A DNA stretch of 64,000 nt from Eledone cirrhosa (lineage: Eukaryota). Numbering within the stretch: position 1 is the stretch's first letter; each line of letters begins with the position of its first letter. Below are positions 53,477-64,000 of this stretch, in pieces. Position numbers and translations under genes: made by a program. The DNA lies in assembly GCA_964016885.1 (NCBI GenBank), contig OZ024743.1, positions 17,546,001-17,610,000 of the forward strand, in the 5' to 3' direction. The notes beneath the pieces were generated by a model. The model was given only the letters and a program-made list of their open reading frames with translations, ran no database searches and was not told where the DNA came from.

Positions 53477-53678
53477 TAACGAAGGAAATGTGGTAAGGAA
53501 CCAGGTGGACCATAACGCACCGAAGTACTCAATACTTAGGGTAGTAGAGTTGGTAATAGGAACAAGTAAGACCCCGACAGCTGAGCTCAAGCCGTTTCGA
53601 CGGCTAATTCTGGACTGAGTCCAGAATTAGCCGTCGAAACGGCTTGAGCTCAGCTGTCGGGGTCTTACTTGTTCCTAT
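53477..53678. mobile_element. pLTR-only fold-back of the 17838-20127 family; perfect 61-bp arms with a 1-nt loop
   Basis: 53556-53616 / 53618-53678. 53477-53616 matches 19988-20127 in reverse complement. (TA)n on both sides. Confidence 0.92.
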
Positions 53679-53719
53679 ATATATATATATATATATATTA
53701 ATAATAATAAGGGTTGACG

Positions 53720-54060
53720 GACCCAGCATATTTATCAATGCCAGTACCGGTTGTATCTCAGCGCACTCAATGGGCAATGTAAGATATCATTACCAGAGTA
53801 ATCGCATCGTTATTTGCCTCGACACAACACACCTAAAACGGGTGCCTATAAGGTTCCCGGCTCGAGTTTCTGCCGCACTAATGCAGCAGTAAGATGCACT
53901 GCACCATCTGTCTGCATATATTATGCAACAATGCACAATCGGCTTATGCGGCTTCATCAGCGGGTTTGCCTCATCAATAACCAATCGATCGACAGAATCC
54001 AAACACCGGCCCATGCCGGTCATGACTGTTTGTGATAAGCGTCACGGTAAAGCGATTAGC
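53720..54060 (-). pseudogene. Possible remnant of a viral-type superfamily-1 helicase
   Basis: QTV...VDRLVIDEA..LM..H, then AA...NLIG...QI, then ISY/CP (frameshifted). Confidence 0.35.
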
Positions 54061-54147
54061 AACTGGCAACCGATAGGACTCTATCTCTCAACTAGCCACT
54101 GATTTACAAATTTTGCGTGGGGACGGGAAGGTAAAATATATATATTT

Positions 54148-56972
54148 ATATACGATATTAATAAATGGAAACTATATTTATAAAACCATATTTATTTCAT
54201 TATATATATTTCAAGGTTACCAAGTTACATTATGGTATGCCTTCATCAGACAAAATACAATATATAACAGATTTATAAATAGACATTGACGTAGCCCTTT
54301 AAAAATTGACCGTTGCTTTTGAAGGCCATCTGTATAGTGGTTTGTTTACTTTAGTAAGTCACAGTGTTAAGAGTAAGTAAAAAGATGGAGAGAGAGAGAG
54401 AGAAATGTGGAGAAAAGAAAGGGAGAGATAGATAAAGAAAAAGAAGAAAGCAAAAAGAAAAGAGAACAGAGGAAAAATAAAGGGGAGATATGAAACCATC
54501 AGACAGAGAAAAAATCCAGAGAGATATATATAGAGATAGAGAGAGGGGGGAGAGAACGAAAACCTTAAGTTATGTCATATTAAGTTGAGTTAACAATTGG
54601 GATGAAATGCATAAATAAAATTAGAAATATTAATATTCATGAATGGAATATAGATATATAATATGAGAAATTACACATTGTATAATTATGATTAGATATT
54701 TAGTTTAAAAATTGAGATCAATATATTAAAAGTTGGAATTTAAACATTATAAAATATATATATTGCTAGAGAGATTATCTATCGTATATTACATACACAT
54801 AGGCAAAGGTACATAAATATATGTATATATACACACTCACTCAGAAAGTACACATTATTTCTACTCCCGCATAAGTGAGTTTTTATTTATTGCTATACAT
54901 TCCTTGTGTTATTAATTAAAAATTAAAATTTGTTAGTACATATATATAAATATATAAGATTAACTTTCATGCATTTATGGCTGTTAAGTTATGCATATCT
55001 TCAACAAACAACTGCATGTGTAAGCCTGTACATTCACATCCATAATTCTTAGCTATACATGAATAGATATGTGTGTGTATCTTCAATTGGTATACACGCG
55101 TCACTCATGCATATATACAGACAGACATATAATCATAAAATAGCATATAACACATGTATATGTATGTCAACACACACATATAGATACATAAGCCGTACAT
55201 AGACATACGTATACATCAATATATAACATAGTACAATTGAGTATATAAAATAAATAAGGATTATATTTTGGAAATATAATTATATCAATATAACTTCTAA
55301 CGAATTCTACAAATATCAAAATACTAAAATATCCCAAAATATTATAGAATATTTTATGTTAAAATAATATGTTTAATATATTTAGTATAGAAATTTATCT
55401 TACGTATATTTTAATCAAGATATTGAAAGGACACACTTTTGAAAATTATGAGAAGCTATCAGAATAAAAAATAAATCTAATAAAAATTATGAGAAGCTAT
55501 CAGAATAAAAACAAATCTAATAAAAAAAAAAAAAATAAATAAAAAAAAAATAAAAATAAAAAAAAATAAAAAAAAAATAAATAAAAAATTAAAATAAAAA
55601 AAATAAAATAAAAAAATAAATAAAAAAAAAATAAAAAAAAAATAAAAAAAAAATAAAAAAATAAAAAATAGAAAATAAAAAATAAAATGAATCTAATAAA
55701 AAAATAAATAAAATGAATCTAATAAAAAATAAAATATATCAATATAACTTAAAAACAAGGATTCTACAGTTATCAAAATATTAAAAAAGTTTAAAAATAA
55801 AAGATTTTTTTTTTAAATGTTAAAAAAATGTTAAAAACTCTTAAAATATTATAGAATAGTTTACGCTAATATAATATGTTTAGTATAGAAATTTATCTTA
55901 CGTATATTTTATTCAAGATATTGAAAGGATAAACTTTTCTAGAATAGATTATTATATTTATAATTATATTTATGAAGAAAATTTATACTTGGCTACTTAA
56001 CCAAAGAAAATGAAAAAGGTGAAGGAATCTAATGATTTATCGACAGGTTACATATATTAACTAAATTACTTAATTAATTAAACTACATTTTAAATTTATA
56101 TTTATATTTAAACGTTGAGTTCAATCTATGTCTGCAGCAACTGAATAAATTATTCCTTAAATTAAGGGAATGTTTGGACTTTAATATAAAAAATATTTCC
56201 TCTATACAAAGATCACAATTTTCTGAAGAGGAATTAAAAGGAGTAGCTTATGAAATAGTATTCCAAATCAGCGAATATTCAACATTACCTCGTTTTAGGT
56301 CCCATAATAGGCTAGATAGCGAAGTTGAAGATTTTTTGTTTGGATCATAATTAAACAATGTGTAATTTCTCATATTATATATCTATATTCCATTCATTGA
56401 TATTAATATTTCTAATTTTATTTATGCATTTATCCCAATTGTTAACTCAACTTAATATGACATAACTTAAGGTTTTCGTTCTCTCCCCCCTCTCTCTATC
56501 TCTATATATATCTCTCTGGATTTTTTCTCTGTCTGATGGTTTGATATCTCCCCTTTATTTTTCCTCTGTTCTCTTTTCTTTTTGCTTTCTTCTTTTTCGT
56601 TATCTATCTCTCCTTTTCTTTTCTCCACATTTCTCTCTCTCTCTCTCCATCTTTTTACTTACTCTTAACACTGTGACTTACTAAAGTAAACAAACCACTA
56701 TCCCGATGGCCTCCAAAAGCAACGGTCAATTTTTAAAGGGGTACGTCAATGTCTATTTATAAAACTGTTATATATTGTATTTTGTCTGATGAAGGCATAC
56801 CATAATGTAACTTGGTATCCTTGAAATATATATAATGAAATAAATATGGTTTTATAAATATAGTTTCCATTTATTAATATCGTATATCTACTCCAAATAT
56901 TTGTCGAGTGCTTTATATCATTTATAAAAATATTTGCTTGTTGTATCCCAACAATTTAAATAGAACTTTTGC
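54148..56972 (+). mobile_element. Fold-back PLE derivative without RT: ~545-bp arms (54148-54692 / 56344-56887) around an AT-rich core
   Basis: Arms reverse-complementary, with an HHR in each. The end is related to 29715-29810 and 35160-35250. Confidence 0.9.
56778..56842 (+). ncRNA. Hammerhead ribozyme (mirror copy at 54193-54257, minus)
   Basis: TATTTTGT CTGATGA AGGcATACCA taatgtaact TGGTATCCT T GAAA TATATA TA ATGAAATA: 8-bp stem I with wobbles. Confidence 0.8.
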
Positions 56973-56975
56973 ATA

Positions 56976-57038
<63 letters not shown>

Positions 57039-57039
57039 G

Positions 57040-57134
<95 letters not shown>

Positions 57135-59140
57135 TAGTTATATAATTTTTAGTAAATAGTAAACGTGCGCATTACTGAAAAGATCCGAACATTTTTGACT
57201 TGAGTAAGAATATTAATTGCTGATTTTCAAATCATAGAGCGATATCTGATGAAAGCTATGCCATACCCACGGAATTCTATCCAGTAACAAATGGTTCATA
57301 AACATTGTATTTTGATTTAATTATGATGGGTGTACTCCTATGTTAAATATTAGAATATCAAACATATAAGAACAGTACATTAATATAGTATATGCATGTG
57401 ATTGCTTGCTTAAGTTTGGTGGTTATCATTATGACCCAGTTTTTTAATGTAGGGTGTTTGTGTAGGAGATGTGGATCCCATTGTAAACAACTTATATTGA
57501 GCTTTAGAATGATATATATTGGTATGTGTGTATGTGAATATGTGTGTATTTGTTTGCGCTTGTGTGAACACATTGGATATTTACAGAGTAACTCTAACGA
57601 ATGAAATAGGTTTATTCCTATAAAAATAATTTCTATGTCTAATATCTTCACTACTCATATATTTGAAACCTAATTTTACTGCGGTTTTCTACTTTTACTC
57701 AGCGGGAACCATTCTTAATCTTTGGTCTGTGTTGGCGCCTGGTTTACATGCGTGTATATGTGGATGCATATTTATAATGTCTCTTAATAATATTTATTTT
57801 CATTGGAATCACTGATTGTTTCATACATACTGTATAATTCCGAAATGATTATTAGATTAACCCGAAAAAATGTTTATTTATATATTTAAATATTACTATC
57901 ATTGTTTACTCTTTACTTTTATATCGTATATTTGTTCAGACTCTAATCGTTATGTTACCGTGCGACAGGCGGCAGATGGAATGGATATTGTTAATGATGA
58001 GTGCATATCCTTTGGGGATATATAATAATAGTCGAGAAGATGATATTTTTTTATGGAAGTATTCGTTTGTCTTTAGCGCTGTGTCAGGTCTCACTCAGTT
58101 TCCTCTAAATGGTCAAATAATCTGTGAAATATTGCACTGAATAAACTAATTTCAAGACCAGAATGGCTCTATTGATTATTTGATATTTCTGTGTGGTAAA
58201 GACTCTAACGATTTTATCGTCGCTCCATTAGACTATATATAGTGCTAAACAAGAAATGCAGAACTCCCGAGAAAAACAATTTAACACCATTTACCTTCCA
58301 TATTTTGGTTATCTTTTTTAAATACTTAAGCTATTTCTCCGTTATGAATTATTTCAATATTTGTTTGCTGTTGATAAAACTTTATAACTGAAACAGAAAA
58401 TGATGTAAGTACATTTTAAGTTATATACGATTTCTTTAACCATACACGAGTATTTCTCTTTTTAAGCAACAAATATATACGAAAACAAAATAAGATGTAA
58501 ATATTGCTGTTTACGTGATATTCAGTTTTGATATATAAAGAAATAAAATAAATCATTCTTTCTTAGTTTTCTATTTAAATTATATACCTCGTAATTAATG
58601 GTAAATATATGTGCAACGCATCATTGGAAACACAATGTATACAAATGATAAAAAGCTGAGGGTGGTTAGTCTATTAATTGAAATATGCCACAACATGATA
58701 TTTTTTATTAAGTACAATAATTCACGAAGATGTATATTTATTTGTAATTTGAGGTTGTTTTCTTTGATACATGCATGCTTCGTGGTGTTATATTCCTCCT
58801 TCCGAGGTTCGTGATTTTTTTTAATAACTTTATTGTGTGTTTTGTTTCAAATTTAACATCAGCTCTTAATTAAACGAAATATTTTCCAAAGAGATATATT
58901 GGATTTCCCATACTACAACAAAAATTATGGACAACAAAAACAAAGAAAATAAAATAAAATTTAACAGAAAGATAACTGCAAATATCATGTAAATATTACA
59001 AAAATGAAAGTCATAGAATGATGTGATGTTTCATCTTTGTTAAAATTGATCACTACGAATTCACATTTTGAAATTTAAAAATTCCTAAGCAAGCACACAA
59101 TGACTCGTGCACATCTATATTACATACTGATATATACGAT

Positions 59141-59286
<146 letters not shown>

Positions 59287-59666
59287 AGAGAGCGAGAAAA
59301 ATAAGAAAATATATATTTACATGTAAGAGAGAGAAGAGGCCATATATCGTATTACATAGATCGAATTTAGCCATAAACTCCAGGTTTGAAATAGCGCTGT
59401 AAGGTTACACTCATGATTCAATTTATGTAAATATTCTTCTATAGAATATGTATTTGGTATATATAAAATATACCGGGTTTCTTTCCCTCCCTATATAGGC
59501 ATATCTTTTTTTATTTTGTTATTATGGCTCTCGATGCAGTATATCGAGCTTACTTATTGAGAAACACAAAATTCTAAACATATGTGTTATGTTTTGATTC
59601 ATTATTTGTATGCATATGCACACATACAAACACACACATAGATACACAGACACATGCATACACACA

Positions 59667-59737
<71 letters not shown>

Positions 59738-59920
59738 CACTGTTTTGGGTTTAACATATATATAACTATAAAACATTTTAGTATATACATAACCATAAAT
59801 AGTATCCTTAATATTATTATTATTATTATATATATATATCTATATACATATAAAGAAAAAAAGGTGAAATTGAAAATGCAACTGGAGTCTTATTTTAGAA
59901 AAAATATATATATCTATTTG

Positions 59921-59963
59921 TTTCCTTTACCGGTTTCGCAGTTCTTCTGCTTTTCAAAAGAAA
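59921..59963 (-). ncRNA. Hammerhead ribozyme, U3-A8 variant, in a solo pLTR (59855-59995)
   Basis: TTTCTT TTGAAAA GCAG aagaa CTGC GAAA CCGG TA AAGGAAA. The region is homologous to 13130-13255. Confidence 0.75.
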
Positions 59964-60029
59964 GTAGAGTTGAGATGGAGGGTCTGTGGTTTGTTCTCAC
60001 ACACACACATACACACACACACACACATA

Positions 60030-60076
<47 letters not shown>

Positions 60077-60377
60077 GCTGATATGGGATCGATTGTGCAT
60101 TGGATATCGAATGCTCTACTAAATATACAATATTATAGATGTAGCGAGATCTAGGCAAATAGATGTCTATAGAAACGTACGTAAGAACCGAATAAATCTC
60201 TTTTACTGCATCTTTCTGTTCTTTTTAATTCTTTATACACGCCCCGGAATATAGCTAAACTGGATTATACACCTTTTTTCTGCATTTCGTTGAGCACCAC
60301 TCTGTTGTAAGCTGACATTCCACTACACGGTACATAACACTGTGTCCTGGAAAACATTAATGCACTCGTGCATAACC

Positions 60378-60414
<37 letters not shown>

Positions 60415-60514
60415 GGGTAGCACACGTGTTGATACAAATTCAAGCACTCTATGCGCAAGTAGAAAAACAGGAAGTTTCGTTTTCATATGAAACATATTTG
60501 ATGCGTATCGGGAT

Positions 60515-60598
60515 GTTACACCCGTTTCGCCGAGGATTGACTCAAGGTAAGCCTTAGCCGTTATGGACCCGACTCCTGTGTCGATCTGCTCGTCAGAC
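60515..60598 (-). ncRNA. Hammerhead-like motif with long stem II
   Basis: GT CTGACGA GC...(~57 nt, partly paired)...GC GAAAC GGGT GTA AC. Confidence 0.55.
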
Positions 60599-60774
60599 TG
60601 GGGATGTGACAAATATATGTCAAGGGCGGTGCCACAGCATGACCTCAACCGGATGGCTCGAACATGTAGAAGAGTAAAAGAATAAACACATTTTCCTGGG
60701 TTTTTTCCATTATACACACACGCACGCACACACTCAAACATACACGCACACACACATACATACACACACCCGCG

Positions 60775-60806
<32 letters not shown>

Positions 60807-61499
60807 AATATAAGAAAAATTGAGTGCTTCGTGGTTGCACATGGGTTACATATGAATAAAATTAGTCCTTCATCAGTGATCTTCCAACCTTCATTGGTAT
60901 TTCATCACTTTAAAAATCATATACTTCTGGTTGGTGCGGGCAATATCTAAATACAGTTATTGGGACAAATAAATAGGGTGAAGCGAGCGAGACATGTAAA
61001 CAAACAAAGATGGCATTGCAACGGAAAGATAGGAAGAGACAAGTACATGATATATATAAGCTTAAGCATGGTGAAATCATGGACGAGAGAAACAGACCAT
61101 CCGACATGGCTGAGATGTGAGCGAGAAATGGATTTCACACAGGTCAAAAGGGAGCAAGGGAGAGAGGGAGAAGCAGAGACTGAGTGAGTGGAAGTGTGAG
61201 GAAGAGGCCAGCTGAGAGAGAGTGTGACGGGCAGAGGGGGTAAAAAGAAGGTGAGAGATTCAGAGAGAGGGGAAGCAGTAAGAAGGAAACAGACAATCGC
61301 AGCTGACGAAAAAATGTAAATATAAGAAAAATGGAGTGCTGCGTGGCTGCTCATGTTTACATATAAATAAAATTAGTCCTTTATATATATATATATATAT
61401 ATACTGTATATAAGATATATAAATATATACACTTTTATATATATTCTATTTTACATGTTCCAGCCATCGGGCTGGGGCAATGATAGAGCACCGACCTAT

Positions 61500-62475
61500 T
61501 GCTACAGGATCTATCTCCAGCTTGTGTTGGCTGGCCCTTGGTGTAAGAAGAGGTTCCTTGCACCCCTTAGACTACCTTCGTACCGATATGTGTGCTCCTC
61601 GAGGATCCTTGAGATCAGAGTGTCAAAATATTTCTTGAAAACATCCACGTCCGCACCATGCAGATCTCCCAAATTTTTGGCAGCTTTTTGAAGATTTGAG
61701 GGCATTTGAACACAAGGCTATGGCAATATCTGCTCCTTATTCTAGATATGAAACACGGGATATTTGACACCAGAGAGTGTTGTCCTATACGGGGGTTAGT
61801 CAAGCTCTCAATGTCAAAGGTTGCTGCTAGTCCCTCCGGATTTTCCATATATAAATCACTTCGTATACCTCCTGTTTTAGTTGCAAGGAGTAGAGTTTCA
61901 GTTCCTTTAGCCTCTTCCACTAGCTTATCTCCATCGTGGCAATCCTTCTGGGGTAGGTTCGCTGGATTGCCTCAAGCTCCGTGGTTAGTTTGGCACTATG
62001 GGGTGACCACATTTGGGAGCAGAGATCCAATGGCTTAGGATAAATGTCCTCCATAGTATAAACTTGGTCTCCCGGTATTTTGTACGGAATGTCCGCAAGA
62101 TCCAGCCAGCGAGTCATCTGCACGTTATCGCCACACTCCTGAAGAACAAAATTCATCGACATTCATATATATCCTCAGTCCGCGTATCGCTTTAGACACG
62201 GGCATTTTGATATTTCCTGGTCCGGTGTACATGTGTTGTATTGTCTTTGTATGTTGGTATTGAAGGTCTTGACACTTTAAGACATCCACACCTTGTTGTA
62301 AAAGCGTAGCAGCAGCTTACATAATTTTAGGTGTCCTGCTGGGAATCCTCCAGGTCCAGCTGCTGAGTTACTTCTAAGTTCGTCTATGGCGGACACTACT
62401 TCTTCCCTTATATCTATGGTCGATATTTCTTCATGGAGTGTTTTGGCACCAAATAAATCCCCATGTGCCTCAATG
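61500..62475 (-). mobile_element. Decayed, internally deleted CR1-like LINE
   Basis: [19 protein letters not shown]; MWSPH....LEAIQR; CPQIFKKLP; VDVFKKYFDTLISRI. Confidence 0.75.
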
Positions 62476-62567
62476 TACATATGTATATATGTATATATGT
62501 ATATATATATGTGTATATATATATGTGTATATATGTATATATATATATGTGTATATATATATATATA

Positions 62568-62649
<82 letters not shown>

Positions 62650-62667
62650 TATATATATAAATATGTA

Positions 62668-62721
<54 letters not shown>

Positions 62722-62740
62722 TACATATTTATATATATGC

Positions 62741-62822
<82 letters not shown>

Positions 62823-62959
62823 TTTACGTATCGAGAAAGAGAAAAAAAGAAGGGATAGGTGATACATATAGTTATTTGCCAAGTAGCGTATGCCAAAGGT
62901 GCTCGATACTAGTGCCGGCAGTATTAAATATTCGAAGTGTTAATATTTAGTGGGCTAGA

Positions 62960-63585
62960 GAGTTAGCAGAGCGTAAGCATGTGGGAAAGTAACAAATAGG
63001 AGAATAGACAGTTAAAACATGTTTATTTAAAATATCACCTACGTACGTTTCGCCCAGTTGGGCTTCTCAAGGGCATAACTAATCACAAGTGTTCCTTATA
63101 TTGCTCGGAAAGAGGTTTTGGGGTTAAATCCACATCAGGGTTCATTGCTCGCAAAAATATCTTGTTTTGATCTTGCAGCAGGTCAAGGGAGGTAACTCTG
63201 GCCGGTGTTAGGGCAGTCTTTCCCGGACAATTTTTTTTTTTTTTTTTGCTGCATCCGTTTGTCTGAGGCTGGGTCTGGTATGCAAGGATTGTTTCCTGGG
63301 TGTTATTCTGCAGCGCCTGCCCGCCAGGGTGTTAAGACTCGTTGCAGGGAGATCCAGTGTACTATTTCACTCTTCATCCTTAACCCATCTGAAGAAGGAT
63401 ATTTTTAAGCGATGTGTACAACTTATCGCTGTTTCAGCTCTGCTGTTGATGAGCTCGTGGGGTGCAGTTATGATGTGGTAGAGTTCCATGAGGCAAAGAT
63501 CGCATTTCCTCTTGAAGTTGTACGGTGCAGCCCTGCCGACAATCTCCCAGTGCGTGGAGAAGCTGATGTTTAAGTCCTTTAGTGA
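62960..63585 (-). mobile_element. 3' end of a PLE (end of GIY-YIG + pLTR)
   Basis: LKDLNISFSTHWEIVGRAAPYNFKRKCDLCLMELYHII...LINSRAE..ISCTHRLK at 63405-63582. Confidence 0.85.
63036..63074 (-). ncRNA. Hammerhead ribozyme, U3-A8 variant
   Basis: CC TTGAGAA GCCC aact GGGC GAAAC GTAC GTA GG. Confidence 0.75.
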
Positions 63586-63593
63586 TATATATA

Positions 63594-63960
63594 GTAATAA
63601 TAATAAATTTGAAGACTAAAATCCAAAGAGGGCTCGATTAGGATAAATATATATCAAATATATAAGAACCGTAGTGCAAAAATTAGTCTACGACTTCTTT
63701 TATACCATAAACGTGGTTCTGTCTTTGCGTGTAATTGTTTTTCACCGCTCCTATTAATGACGTATCTTATTCGTTTTTTCCCGTTCTTTGCCAGGCAACG
63801 TATCCACGAACCAAAGTATCGTCTTCCTGTCTTCCTCCGGTTGCAACGTTTTTTGAAATATCCACTTCAGCGTTTACAGCTTGACTTTGTTAGTTTCAGA
63901 AGATGCCGTTAAGGGTGAAAGCAGCGATTCTTTGCTTAAACTTTAATCTGTTATTTTAAT
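63594..63960. mobile_element. Rearranged pLTR of the 46652 family (terminus + inverted adjacent segment)
   Basis: 63594-63680 matches 46652-46738. 63681-63960 is the reverse complement of ~46745-47020. Confidence 0.88.
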
Positions 63961-64000
63961 ATATATATATATATCTTATATATAAAGTGAAGATTGGCAT

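Noticed and set aside
55441-55735. 43-bp tandem duplication and A-rich run
   Set aside because: Slippage or low complexity inside the 54148-56972 element.
57246-57305. CTGATGA as a hammerhead (also 60865-60875 minus)
   Set aside because: No matching GAAA/stem III found.

Overview
AT-rich eukaryotic DNA, intronic or intergenic, almost entirely transposon-derived, with no convincing host protein-coding gene. The tRNA-headed SINEs resemble octopod SINEs from recall, so an octopus-type cephalopod is inferred. The dominant system is at least 10 Penelope-like elements (PLEs, RT + C-terminal GIY-YIG) of two clades, plus many solo pseudo-LTR (pLTR) pieces, almost all inserted in (TA)n tracts. Many copies are fold-backs, with an inverted copy of the 3' end at the 5' end and arms from about 60 bp to 1.5 kb. 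Their ends carry about 20 minimal hammerhead-ribozyme (HHR)-like motifs, including U3-A8 covariants, long-stem-II forms and remodelled cores. Also present: CR1-like and R4/Dong-like LINE remnants, a deleted gypsy-like LTR element nested in a PLE, a MITE and SINEs. Most notable: a ~290-bp tRNA-derived tandem repeat with PLE-style inversion and a circularly permuted monomer; in-frame TGA codons on conserved Cys positions in two PLE ORFs; and a possible viral SF1-helicase remnant. All alignments and folds were done by eye, so boundaries are approximate.
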